IMG/VR virus record: IMGVR_UViG_3300018481_000025
Location: 1-58,225 of that record
Direction: 5' to 3' (one strand)
Origin: a virus
Lineage: Duplodnaviria; Caudoviricetes
Length of the DNA: 58,225 bases
The position numbers and the translations under genes are program-made. Each line of letters opens with the position of its first letter. Within the stretch, counting starts at the first letter, position 1. The notes under the pieces were generated by a model. That model was not told where the DNA came from and made no database searches. It saw nothing but the letters and a program-made list of their open reading frames with translations. This document shows, one piece after another, positions 46,676 through 55,964 of the stretch.

Positions 46676-46825
46676 ATGGCGATCTTCAAAAAGGATGAAC
46701 CGGAGCAGAAGCTCCCCCCACCCCGCAGCCAATGGCCGAACCTCGAACAGCCGATCCGTGACACCACGCACGGCCATCCCGGCCTGCCACCCAAGGACTA
46801 CAAGGCACCGAAGGAGCGTCGATGA
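46676..46825 (+). CDS. Small hypothetical protein (49 aa)
   Basis: AGGAG RBS; hand-translated MAIFKKDEPEQ.. Confidence 0.5.
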   Translation: MAIFKKDEPEQKLPPPRSQWPNLEQPIRDTTHGHPGLPPKDYKAPKERR

Positions 46826-48012
46826 CCCCTCCGTATCGGATGATCGACCAAGCTACCGGTGAGACTGCCACCGGACCTAATGGGGAGGCGTGGGAGTACA
46901 TCGACGTTCCCCCCGGACATAAAATGGAACTTTTCGATACCACAGCGACCGACGGATCGCCGTGGCCTCGCGTATCCCCCAGTGAGATCGTGCGACCGGG
47001 CGAGACGCCTCCGATCGAGCCACCGATCGAACCGCCGATCGAGCCGCCCATTATTCCACCCGTCATCCCGCCAACAGGTGCAGGCATGGACTATCCGACC
47101 AATGAGCAGCAGCTGAACGAGTGCCTCCAGATGTACGCGGCGTCGACCTACGTCGGCGTGCTTGACCCGAGGGTCAACATCGAGACCACCTCGCCGATCG
47201 TGCTACAGGCACCGGGCTCGGGCGTGCCGTGGGGTGTAAACGGCAACTATGCGAAGATCACTTACCGAGGATCGGGCGATGACCTACTTAGGATCGAAGG
47301 GACTAATGGCGTTAACAATCGAGGTCTCACCATCCGCAATCTCGTCCTCGATGGTGGTGACGGCGGTAACATGTCGGGTGGCGGCGCTGCCGCCTGCCTG
47401 CGCGTCACTGCTCCCTTGGGAGACAACGGACCCATTTACCGTTTCGGCATCATGGACGTCTTCACCAGCGGATCAGTCAACGGACTGATCCTCGAAGGCG
47501 GCGTCTATGAAGGTGAGCTTCGAGGATTGTACTGCGAGAACCACACGGGCGATGGCATCATCCTGCGCCACCTTCCTGCGTCGGACGTGGCTAAGGGGCC
47601 CATCGTTAGCAACGTTCTGATGTGGCACATCAACTCCTCCCGCAACTACGGCGCGGGTCTCCGCACGGTGTATTCCGTATACCTCTTCGGCGGCAGCTTC
47701 ATCCTCAACGGTGGTGGGGGTGTCGTCGCTCCCGATGGTATTCGCGGCGCGTGGGGCTGTAATGGCGAGAATACGGGCGGTGAGAAGCAGTGTGTGTTCG
47801 ACGTGCCGTCAAATGGATATGGTTCGGTGATCGTCGGCGGCGAGGCGTCGAGCGACGGCGCTACGCACTGCCGCAAGTGGAACGGCAGCGACTGGGAGAG
47901 CGTTGGCAAGCCACTGCTCTATTACATTGCCTGCGATGACAACGTGATCCAGCAGGCCAACCACGTCAGCTACTATGGTGGTGGCGACAACCCGATGCGT
48001 GTGAAAGCATAA
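46822..48012 (+). CDS. Right-handed beta-helix (pectin-lyase-like) protein, possible depolymerase
   Basis: LTIRNLVLDG, NGLILEG, DGIIL, GAGL repeats; PPIE repeat linker. Confidence 0.6.
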   Translation: MTPPYRMIDQATGETATGPNGEAWEYIDVPPGHKMELFDTTATDGSPWPRVSPSEIVRPGETPPIEPPIEPPIEPPIIPPVIPPTGAGMDYPTNEQQLNECLQMYAASTYVGVLDPRVNIETTSPIVLQAPGSGVPWGVNGNYAKITYRGSGDDLLRIEGTNGVNNRGLTIRNLVLDGGDGGNMSGGGAAACLRVTAPLGDNGPIYRFGIMDVFTSGSVNGLILEGGVYEGELRGLYCENHTGDGIILRHLPASDVAKGPIVSNVLMWHINSSRNYGAGLRTVYSVYLFGGSFILNGGGGVVAPDGIRGAWGCNGENTGGEKQCVFDVPSNGYGSVIVGGEASSDGATHCRKWNGSDWESVGKPLLYYIACDDNVIQQANHVSYYGGGDNPMRVKA

Positions 48013-48040
48013 ACCCCAAACCTGAAAGGAACGTACCCAT

Positions 48041-48577
48041 ATGCTTGCTTACATCCGTGCCGTCGGAACCGACGGCCTCTACGTTGTCCAGCCAGTCGAC
48101 CCGGTTGATCCCGGCTTTGGTCATCCGGGTGGCGGTGTTGATCCCGGCTACGGTCAGGGTCGTCCGGGCGGTCGTCCCGATCAGGGCTTGCCGGGCGGAC
48201 GTCCGGGCATCCCGAGCAACGAGCTGCCTGATACGCCGCCGCCCAACCTCGCACCGGGCTGGACGCTCGTACTGATCCGGCATGACGGCCAGTGGCAGTA
48301 CGCTGCCATCGCGCCGGGCTCGCCGCCGCCGCGTCCGCTGCCGAACCCGCCGGAGCATGTCGGCGGTCGTCCGCCGGGACAGGGCATGCCGGATCGTCCT
48401 GATCAGGGCCTGCCGTCGGGACCGGGCCGCCCTGACAACACCTTGCCGGGTCAGCCGGGTGGGCCGACCTACCCGTCGGGTGGACCGGTGCCGCCGATGG
48501 TTGGTGGTGGTCCGATGCCAACGCCTCCTCCGATGCCGGGTCAGCCGCTGCCGCCTACGGCAGAGCCCAAGCGCTAA
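48041..48577 (+). CDS. Pro/Gly-rich repetitive protein
   Basis: PVDPGFG, RPDQGLP, PSNELP, PDNTLP repeats. Confidence 0.7.
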   Translation: MLAYIRAVGTDGLYVVQPVDPVDPGFGHPGGGVDPGYGQGRPGGRPDQGLPGGRPGIPSNELPDTPPPNLAPGWTLVLIRHDGQWQYAAIAPGSPPPRPLPNPPEHVGGRPPGQGMPDRPDQGLPSGPGRPDNTLPGQPGGPTYPSGGPVPPMVGGGPMPTPPPMPGQPLPPTAEPKR

Positions 48578-48620
48578 AACAAAGAACCCCCAAATCAAAA
48601 ATTTGGGGGTTCATTTTTTT
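48578..48620. terminator. Terminator between convergent late and replication modules, possibly bidirectional
   Basis: gaacccccaaat-caaaa-atttgggggttc followed by a T7 run; A-rich on the left. Confidence 0.8.
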
Positions 48621-48625
48621 AAGTT

Positions 48626-48751
48626 TTATCTATTTGACATCCTTATATCCATATAAGGTTCACGGATCTGGGCCATCAGCGGGCTCTCGCCCTCATCGCT
48701 CTCGGTGATCTCAGCATGCACCTTGCGCAGCCGTTCCACAATGTCGGTCAT
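48626..48751 (-). CDS. Short MTDIVERLRK protein, possibly truncated
   Basis: 41 aa, hand-translated; runs through palindrome copy 13. Confidence 0.4.
   Translation of the reverse strand: MTDIVERLRKVHAEITESDEGESPLMAQIREPYMDIRMSNR
48642..48657 (-). promoter_or_regulatory. Palindrome copy 13
   Basis: ccttata tcca tataagg. Confidence 0.8.
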
Positions 48752-48947
48752 GGCTTGCGGTCCCCGAGTGCGCGACGCAGAACATCAGGGAACTCATCTA
48801 TCGTTCGCTCATAATTATCCACCAGCTTCCGCAGCCGTTCGATCTCGTCGGCGGCTTCATCGAGAAGCGGGCCGGTCACCATCTTTTGGTTGTCGATGTG
48901 CCATCCAGCCTGCTTGCGCAGCCGTTCCACGATGTCGGTCATGGCTT
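48722..48947. repeat. 35-bp direct repeat (48722-48756 and 48913-48947)
   Basis: cttgcgcagccgttccac(a/g)atgtcggtcatggctt, 1 mismatch. Confidence 0.85.
48748..48942 (-). CDS. Small phage protein (DIVERLR..EAADEIERLR type)
   Basis: Characteristic motif. Confidence 0.7.
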   Translation of the reverse strand: MTDIVERLRKQAGWHIDNQKMVTGPLLDEAADEIERLRKLVDNYERTIDEFPDVLRRALGDRKP

Positions 48948-49114
48948 TACCGGCCCTCACGGTGCTCGACTTCGTTGACGGCCTCGACCAGCTTGCGCAT
49001 TTCGGTGAAGTTCTCACCTTGGCAGATGCCGCCTTCACCCGTGCGCATGATGACGTAGGTCACTTCACCGGTATGGGTGACGAAGCGTTCCAGTCGGTAG
49101 GGATAGTCATACAT
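48947..49114 (-). CDS. Small hypothetical protein (55 aa)
   Basis: AGGAG RBS; hand-translated MYDYPYRLERF.. Confidence 0.5.
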   Translation of the reverse strand: MYDYPYRLERFVTHTGEVTYVIMRTGEGGICQGENFTEMRKLVEAVNEVEHREGR

Positions 49115-52067
49115 CGGTCTCTCCTGTCAGTCGTAGAGGTTCATTGCACGCCAGACTGAGATCGAATTCCAAGACGATCTCCTTGGCCCCGGTAAACTGC
49201 TCCCCGCAACCACCGCCGATCGTGCGCTGGTTCTTCGAATTGCGGATGCAGTAATGATGTTGGAGCAGCGTCGCTCTCATCTGCTCGTAGCTCCAGCGAT
49301 CGTGGGAATACGCCTTCAGCTTAGCCTCGCTGACCCACAACAGCTGCTCCTTGATGGCATAGCGGGCGACAAACTCGTTGACGCCGAAGATGTACTGGCT
49401 GTTGTGAACCATCATCTTCCCCGGATTGCCCTTCTTGGGCATGGCGTCGGTGATGATGCGGTTGCGGATTTTATCGTTGAGGAACTGACCAATACGGTAA
49501 AGCTGAGTTGCCGGGTCGTCGGCATCGACGTTCATATCCTTCACGACGACGCGCTGGTTGCGGTAAATCTCCAGCAGCTTCCGTTTCATCGCAACAATAT
49601 CAAAGTCCACCAGCTCCAGCGCCTTGGCCAGCCGTGCACCGACAAGGATTGTCGTAATGGCAGCGAGCCAGTAGCGTTCATCGTGTTGGTAGTTACCGAT
49701 CTCGATGCGCAGTTCTTTCATCACGTCGAGCACCAACTGCTTGAGGCCCTCATGTTTCATGCCCAGCACTGCGCAATAGACCACGGCGGCTACGCCAAAG
49801 TTGCTGTCGAGCAAGTGCTTACCGACGGCAACCTCCTCCGGCATCGCATTCTGACCGAGGTTGGGCATGGGGATTTCCAGCACGCGTGCTGCCTGTGCGT
49901 TGGTGTCCCGTCCGCTGGACGACTGCACCAGCGACATGTTGGCGGCGCTGACCATGATAGTGCAGCACTCGCCACGGGCCTGCTGCGTGCCTCTCTGGGT
50001 AAGACGATCCCGGCCGCTACCTGACGAGGCGTCGAGGATCAGCTTGGCGAAGTTACGGCCTCGAACACCTCGATCTTCCTCGGTCAGCATCTCATCAACG
50101 TAGAGCGGCAGGTTGTTCAGGTCGGTCATTTTCTGATTGATCGAGTTGAGCGTGGTGTTCTGCACGCGTGCCTTACGCTTGCTCCATACCGACTGAGCAA
50201 TCTCGATCGCTGCCGACTTCCCCTTACCTGAGCCCGACGATCGGGCGTGAACGACGAGCCCGTCGACCATCGTGAAGATGACCAGCGGCGCGGCGAACGC
50301 TGTAGCGATCAGGATCTCGACCTCGGTGTAGCCCTTGCCGATCAGAGGACCGATCGCCTTCTTCCAGTTGTCGAGGGTGCCCACCGGTGCATCAGGCTGA
50401 TGCCCCGGCATGCGATGTGCGCCCGCCTGATCGAACGTGTGGCCACACGCAGCGAACCCGGTGATCTGGCCGGGCGTGGGCATGATCCAGCCGTTCTTGT
50501 TCTGTTGGAATACCAGCCTGCTCTGCTGGATCGTCGTTGCCCAGTCCATGCACGTTTCCATCGCTAGTTTGGGGTTCTTGCTGGTCAGCAGCCGGTTGCC
50601 CGTGACCTTGAGAAATTCCTTCTGGTTCTGGATGATGCCAATGGGAATTTCAGCGTGCGTACGACCGCCGACGTCACTGGTACGGCTATCGAAGTCGACC
50701 CGCAGGTGAGCGTCACCTGCCACCGAGATCACCTGCACGTCGTAGATCGGCACGGTGAAGGCTCGCTTGCCGTCCTCGTTTGAGACGATGTAGCCGTCGT
50801 CATCACGGTGGATCTTCTCGGTACGGAAGATGATCGGCGTGTCCACGCCGTCGGCGTAGGTCGTGGCGCTGCCGTTGACCTTGCTGCGGACAGCGAAGTG
50901 GATCGGCGACTTGCCCTTGCCGTAGTGCGGGCAGGCTTTGCACACCTCGGCTGCTTCCGGCCCGGTCTGCTCGAACGTCGTGCAGTGCGGCCAGCCCAGC
51001 GCCTCGACCTTATCGAACTTGTCGTCGGCGTCGGCCTCGTCGTAGTCGGAGTGCTTGAAGCTCAGCCAGTGGAAGGCGTCGCGGCCGTCCTGCAGGTAGT
51101 GGCAGAGCTTGGCGTGGACGTACCAAAGCGGCTCGTGATCTGTCGCCCCGCCCTCGCTGAGGCTGCGGCGCACCAGCGGGCACTCCCCCGCCACCAGCTC
51201 GACCGAGGTTGCTTCACGGGACTGTTCAAGGTCAGCCTGTGCCCGGTCCGCCTCCTGCGGGTCGACCGGCGGCATGTTCTTGGGTGGTGGGCCGAGGTGG
51301 CTGAGGTCGATGCCGTTACCGTTCGGCCGTCGATATTCTGCTCGAACAGGGGAATAGTTTTGTAAAGCTGTGACCACCGCCTCGGCTGTCATGGTGGTGC
51401 CAAGGTCTAAGACCCTGCACTCCGCTAGGTTATTGGGGTCCTTGCGGTTGAAGCTGGTCGGCATCCGCAGGATGCGCACCGGGTCGGTGGTGACACCCCA
51501 GTCCGCCTTGAGGCCGTGGGCCTGCGCCGCCGCCACCAATCTCCGCGCAAGATTGTTGCGCAATTCCGGTACCACCGGCTGGTCGAAGGCGATGTAGGCA
51601 TGGATGCCCGTGCCAGTACTGACGATTGGGCCGGGCAGGAGCCCGATCTGTGCGCAAAACGGCAGCCAAGCGGCCAAAGCTTGGCGCTGGGAGGAATAGC
51701 GGTCTGGCTTGACGTCGAGGTCAAGGACCAGAGATTTGTACCAGACGGGCTTTATGCCCTTCCTGAGCGCTCGCAAATATCTGACGCTGTGCTCACGATC
51801 ATAGTCGTTGACCGCTGCGCAGCAGAAAAAGACCTCAGCCTCTATGCGGTTAAGGTAGTCGACGAAGCTCTGTGCTTCGGCCGGGCCCTCGGGTCCGGCG
51901 AAGGCGCGGCCTCCACCCCGGAACGGGGTGGCGATCGTCCCGCCAAAGGCATGGACGTTCACATAGCTGTCAGGCGGATCGGCTAGGCTCCACGCCACGA
52001 CCCGGTGCAGGAATGCCTGCACAGGATCGGGCGTGAAGGTGCCGCCACCAAACGGTGACGTCGCCAT
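49107..52067 (-). CDS. Primase-helicase (AEP-type primase plus DUF927-like helicase)
   Basis: VLDLDVK, VSTGTGIHAY, RILRMP (AEP); Cys cluster C..CKACPH; Walker A SGSGKGKS, Walker B LYVDE. Confidence 0.85.
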   Translation of the reverse strand: MATSPFGGGTFTPDPVQAFLHRVVAWSLADPPDSYVNVHAFGGTIATPFRGGGRAFAGPEGPAEAQSFVDYLNRIEAEVFFCCAAVNDYDREHSVRYLRALRKGIKPVWYKSLVLDLDVKPDRYSSQRQALAAWLPFCAQIGLLPGPIVSTGTGIHAYIAFDQPVVPELRNNLARRLVAAAQAHGLKADWGVTTDPVRILRMPTSFNRKDPNNLAECRVLDLGTTMTAEAVVTALQNYSPVRAEYRRPNGNGIDLSHLGPPPKNMPPVDPQEADRAQADLEQSREATSVELVAGECPLVRRSLSEGGATDHEPLWYVHAKLCHYLQDGRDAFHWLSFKHSDYDEADADDKFDKVEALGWPHCTTFEQTGPEAAEVCKACPHYGKGKSPIHFAVRSKVNGSATTYADGVDTPIIFRTEKIHRDDDGYIVSNEDGKRAFTVPIYDVQVISVAGDAHLRVDFDSRTSDVGGRTHAEIPIGIIQNQKEFLKVTGNRLLTSKNPKLAMETCMDWATTIQQSRLVFQQNKNGWIMPTPGQITGFAACGHTFDQAGAHRMPGHQPDAPVGTLDNWKKAIGPLIGKGYTEVEILIATAFAAPLVIFTMVDGLVVHARSSGSGKGKSAAIEIAQSVWSKRKARVQNTTLNSINQKMTDLNNLPLYVDEMLTEEDRGVRGRNFAKLILDASSGSGRDRLTQRGTQQARGECCTIMVSAANMSLVQSSSGRDTNAQAARVLEIPMPNLGQNAMPEEVAVGKHLLDSNFGVAAVVYCAVLGMKHEGLKQLVLDVMKELRIEIGNYQHDERYWLAAITTILVGARLAKALELVDFDIVAMKRKLLEIYRNQRVVVKDMNVDADDPATQLYRIGQFLNDKIRNRIITDAMPKKGNPGKMMVHNSQYIFGVNEFVARYAIKEQLLWVSEAKLKAYSHDRWSYEQMRATLLQHHYCIRNSKNQRTIGGGCGEQFTGAKEIVLEFDLSLACNEPLRLTGETDV

Positions 52068-52088
52068 AGAGTGCCCCCCGGTTAGTGG

Positions 52089-53387
52089 TTAGGGCTTCAG
52101 CAGCTTGTCGATCCGATCGTCGAGATCGGGCGGCGTGTCTCCGTCGTCATCGGACTGGTCGTCGGGGGGTACCGACGGCTGGCCCAGTTGCTGGGTGAAA
52201 GGGGTCGCCTGCGCCGGAGGGGTCGGCGCAGGCGGCGTGACCGCTACCGACGGCTGGTTGCCGTTCGGCGTGACGGGGGAAGACCGTCTACGGCCACGCG
52301 TAGGCTTGCCGCTGGCGGCTGCCAGCTCCGCCTCAAGGCGGGCGATCTTCTGCTCCGCCGTCTCAGCGGCAGCCTCCGGTGGGGGCTGAACGTTGGCTGC
52401 GGGCTGAGGCTGTTGCGTGTAAACGGGCGGTGCGGCTGGTGGCACGGCTGCACCGTTCGTCCCCGGCGGCGGAGCGGGGTTGAACGCCGTTTGCTGGACC
52501 ATCGCAGCGTGGTGCTGCTGCGTTGGCGTCTGCGGTGGCGGGAAGGGCACCACCTGTGCCGTCACCGGACGCTCGGCCGGGTCAGCCTGACCGGGATCAG
52601 CCGTCACCTCGACCAGCTCCTCGGACAGGATCCGATCGACGATCTCGTGGGTCTGCCAGTTCAGCACTTCCTGCATCTGATAGTCGTCGAGCACGCCGAC
52701 CGGGGTGAAGATGAGCTTGGGGAAGGCCGCCTGCGGGTCGAACGACAGGCGCATGCGCAGCGCGAAATAGTTGTAACCCTGCATGTGCAGCTGGTTCTCC
52801 AGCTCGGACAGGCCAGCGAACGAGGACGGCGGCAGCTTCAGTAGCATCGGGCCACCAAAGCCCTCGTTGCGAATGTCATCGGCAGGCACGATGGCCAGCC
52901 GCTTGCTGTCGGCGCACGCCTTGGCGTTGCGGCCGTCGTCCATCTGGCGCGAGCCGAAGGCGTCCCACTTGCAGCCCCGGCAGGTCTCGTTCTGCCGCTT
53001 GGGGGCAGCCGGGTCAGGCCGTATGCCGTTGGTCGACCAGCAATCGGGCTGACGGAAGTCACCCTCCTTGTACTTGTCGAGATAGAACGTCTTGCTGATC
53101 GCCGTGGCCGACTTGACGATGATCACATCGACGGTCGGGATCGCGCCGAGGATGGCACCGTTGGCGTCGCGCGCCAGCAGCTGCTGGGTCTTGCCACGGT
53201 ACCGGAGACCCCACGTCTTGCCTTTGAAGGTCATCACGGCGAACGACGCCTTGATGCCAGCGGCGAGTGCCCGTGGATCGACGATCGAGTGCTGGACCAA
53301 TTGTGACTGCTGACCGAGACCGGCGATCAGCTGAGCAAGGTTACGCGGTGCTTGGTTGGGGTTGTACGGGGTCGGTGGTTGGCTCAT
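52089..53387 (-). CDS. Putative ssDNA-binding/annealing protein
   Basis: PDCWSTNG..CRGC..GS..KACADSKRLA; acidic C-terminus; replication context. Confidence 0.6.
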   Translation of the reverse strand: MSQPPTPYNPNQAPRNLAQLIAGLGQQSQLVQHSIVDPRALAAGIKASFAVMTFKGKTWGLRYRGKTQQLLARDANGAILGAIPTVDVIIVKSATAISKTFYLDKYKEGDFRQPDCWSTNGIRPDPAAPKRQNETCRGCKWDAFGSRQMDDGRNAKACADSKRLAIVPADDIRNEGFGGPMLLKLPPSSFAGLSELENQLHMQGYNYFALRMRLSFDPQAAFPKLIFTPVGVLDDYQMQEVLNWQTHEIVDRILSEELVEVTADPGQADPAERPVTAQVVPFPPPQTPTQQHHAAMVQQTAFNPAPPPGTNGAAVPPAAPPVYTQQPQPAANVQPPPEAAAETAEQKIARLEAELAAASGKPTRGRRRSSPVTPNGNQPSVAVTPPAPTPPAQATPFTQQLGQPSVPPDDQSDDDGDTPPDLDDRIDKLLKP

Positions 53388-53389
53388 GA

Positions 53390-53842
53390 CTACTCCTTCT
53401 CTCCGGGGCTACGAAAGCGAACGGCAGTAAAGGTCGAGGCGTTGACGCCGGGTGGCGGTGAACCGTTACCGACGGCTTCGATGAACTCAAAAACGGCACG
53501 GGGGTTGGCTTTCCAATCGACAAGCTCGAACATGCCTGTCTCTTCCACGAACTGGCGGAAGGCACCACGATCTTGGATCGTGGCCCGAGGTGTGGTGGAT
53601 TGGTATGCAGTTCCGCTGGGCGTGGCGACGCTATCAATGCCAGCATCCTGCATGTGCTTCATCAACTGGGCTTCGATCTCGCCCATGATGGTAGTGTAGG
53701 GACGCAGCTCGTCCTTGTGGCGTGCTTCCATCTCACGCTTGCGGTCACGCAGCTTGACGTACTGGCCGATCAGCTTGTCGACGTCCAGCAGCGGCGCTTT
53801 GCTCGCCGAGGTACTCTCGGCGGCACGATCAGTTCTATTCAT
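53390..53842 (-). CDS. Phage replication-module protein
   Basis: YVKLRD coiled coil; GTAY; PPPGVN. Confidence 0.7.
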   Translation of the reverse strand: MNRTDRAAESTSASKAPLLDVDKLIGQYVKLRDRKREMEARHKDELRPYTTIMGEIEAQLMKHMQDAGIDSVATPSGTAYQSTTPRATIQDRGAFRQFVEETGMFELVDWKANPRAVFEFIEAVGNGSPPPGVNASTFTAVRFRSPGEKE

Positions 53843-53865
53843 TTGACGTCTCCTGTATTGCTAAC

Positions 53866-55386
53866 CTAATCCCACGATGCGTCTTCAAGCAAGTGGAGAA
53901 AGCTATCTTGTTGGAGCAGCCGATCGGTCAGCAGTTTGTAGACCTGCCGCTCGATCGGCGTGCTCGATAGGTGAATGAAAAGCTGTTTGTGTTTTTGCCC
54001 TACGCGCCTGATGCGCGCGTTGCATTGGTCGTACGTCTCGGCCGAGAGGGGAGGGCCGAACCATACAACGGTGTCAGCAGCCGTCAGTGTGAGACCGTGG
54101 CTGATGCACTTCGGGTAGACCACGAGCGGTGAGGGATCGCTGGTGTTCTGGAATGAGTTGAAGATGATGTTGCGTGCCTTGGGTGACGTACCCCCATGGA
54201 TTAGATGCGGGGTGTATTCTTTTGCACATAGGTAATCGTAGACACCCTGCAGGGCATGCAGATAATTGACGAACACAATGACCTTGCCCGTGGCGGCATC
54301 TATGATGTCGGCCAGCGCCTGCAGTCGTGCCTCGCCACCGAGATCGTGCTCTACCCTGTTCTTGCCGTAGACCCAGCCTGCCGACACCTGCAGCAGCTTG
54401 TTCATCAGCACACCGGCATTCGCCGCCGTCACTTCCCCGGCAGCGATCTTGGCCAAGGCGTACTTGCGCAGCATGTCGTAGGTCTTCTGCTGGTCAGGGC
54501 TCAGCGCCGTCTGCATCGGTGGCGGCACCACCGCCTCGGGCAGCTCGGTGATATCGTCGAGGGTGTAGCGCACCGAGGGCTGGAAGTAGTTGAACGCACG
54601 CTCGATCGCACCGGGCTTGTTCACCCACTTCCACTGCGTCAGGCGATACATCAGTTCATCACGCAGGTGGGTGAAGTGCTTGGGCACCCGTGCTGGAGTG
54701 ATCAGCTTGATCTGATTGTAGATGTCGGTGACGTAGTTGGGCATCGGTGCCCCGGTCATGCCCCACACCGCTGGCTTGTTGGCGACAACCTTGGCGGCGA
54801 TCTTGGTACGCAGGGTGTTGTTGCGGTAGACCGCAAGCTCGTCGAGGATGATGACGTCTATGTCGGCGCGGTCGACAATCTCCTTGGCGACGATGCGCAG
54901 GCCATCATGATTGATGATGTAGACGTCAACATCATCGGCCAATAGTTCGCGCCGCTTCGCAGCGGTGCCGTGCAGCACGCGCGACGTCAGGTGCGGAGCA
55001 GCCTTCAATATTTCAGCCTGCCATGTGAACGACATGGTGGAGAGCGGGCAGACTACCAGCAGCTTGTTCACCAGCCCGAGCTTCTTCAGGTAGTCGAACG
55101 ACCACAGCCCGCATCGTGTCTTGCCGGTGCCCATGCTGTTGAGTACGTACGATCTTGGGTTCTCCGTCATGCTCTCGCAGGTCAGCACCTGAATGTCGAA
55201 CGGCTTGCCGCCATTCCAGTCGTAGGTGGTACGGATTGAGGGCGGTACGTTATAGCCCATCGCGCGCAGCGGGATGGTGGTGCGCGGCGTGTGCTCCAGC
55301 ACCAGCTTGCCGTCGACCGGCAACACCTCAGGGAAGATCGCTTTCAGGCCCTCCGTAGCATCGACGGTCAAGGATCCAACGTTCAT
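53866..55386 (-). CDS. SNF2-family (SF2) helicase
   Basis: MGTGKT, ILDE, MTGAP, HGLTLTAA, QCNARIRRVGQ. Confidence 0.9.
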   Translation of the reverse strand: MNVGSLTVDATEGLKAIFPEVLPVDGKLVLEHTPRTTIPLRAMGYNVPPSIRTTYDWNGGKPFDIQVLTCESMTENPRSYVLNSMGTGKTRCGLWSFDYLKKLGLVNKLLVVCPLSTMSFTWQAEILKAAPHLTSRVLHGTAAKRRELLADDVDVYIINHDGLRIVAKEIVDRADIDVIILDELAVYRNNTLRTKIAAKVVANKPAVWGMTGAPMPNYVTDIYNQIKLITPARVPKHFTHLRDELMYRLTQWKWVNKPGAIERAFNYFQPSVRYTLDDITELPEAVVPPPMQTALSPDQQKTYDMLRKYALAKIAAGEVTAANAGVLMNKLLQVSAGWVYGKNRVEHDLGGEARLQALADIIDAATGKVIVFVNYLHALQGVYDYLCAKEYTPHLIHGGTSPKARNIIFNSFQNTSDPSPLVVYPKCISHGLTLTAADTVVWFGPPLSAETYDQCNARIRRVGQKHKQLFIHLSSTPIERQVYKLLTDRLLQQDSFLHLLEDASWD

Positions 55387-55696
55387 GGCGCTTCACCCAA
55401 TCCTTGAATGCCTGCAAGCCTACGGCCCCGGAGATGATGAACACCGTGGCCCCTGAATAATACATGTTGCGGCAGGTCAGTCGCTGCTGTGGTGTCAGCC
55501 ACTCTCCCGGCGCTTTCGTCTCGATCGCTACGAAGTGCCCGGCAAGGCAGAGAGTATAGTCCAGTGAGTTGCGCTTGCCGTAGCCAGTCGGTACGAACAT
55601 CGAAGTGTACATTTCGAAGCCGTGTATGTCAAGGTATTTCGCCAGTTCCTCAAGGTAAGAGGAAACTAATTTCTTTACCCGACCTTCTGGCGTCAT
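55328..55696 (-). CDS. VRR-NUC nuclease
   Basis: TPEGRVK..GYG..LDY..FVAIETKAPG..TPQQ. Confidence 0.85.
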   Translation of the reverse strand: MTPEGRVKKLVSSYLEELAKYLDIHGFEMYTSMFVPTGYGKRNSLDYTLCLAGHFVAIETKAPGEWLTPQQRLTCRNMYYSGATVFIISGAVGLQAFKDWVKRHERWILDRRCYGGPESDLP

Positions 55697-55755
55697 TAGA
55701 TCGGCCCCGTTGAAAAATTGGCGGTTGTCGGAATACAGTTTTATCTACTTAACGC

Positions 55756-55771
55756 CTTATAGGCATATAAG
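55756..55771 (-). promoter_or_regulatory. Palindrome copy 14
   Basis: gccttata ggca tataaggc directly after a stop codon. Confidence 0.8.
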
Positions 55772-55772
55772 G

Positions 55773-55964
55773 CTATTGCTCGCCCCGCATTGTCTTTCGA
55801 CCATGTAGCAATGCGTCATGCACGATCCAACGAATGATCTCAGCAGCTTTCGCAGGGTCGGGGTGTTCCTCGCCCATATAATTTTCGACGGCTTCCAGCG
55901 CTGCCATAAGACGCACTACCGTCTTGAGCAACCCGCTTTCCGTCCAGTACGAACCGCTATCCAT
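55773..55964 (-). CDS. Hypothetical protein
   Basis: 63-aa ORF in operon. Confidence 0.55.
   Translation of the reverse strand: MDSGSYWTESGLLKTVVRLMAALEAVENYMGEEHPDPAKAAEIIRWIVHDALLHGRKTMRGEQ

Noticed and set aside
48634-48662. Sigma70 promoter starting at TTGACA beside palindrome 13
   Set aside because: No acceptable -10 at 16-18 bp spacing; TATAAG is only 12 bp away.
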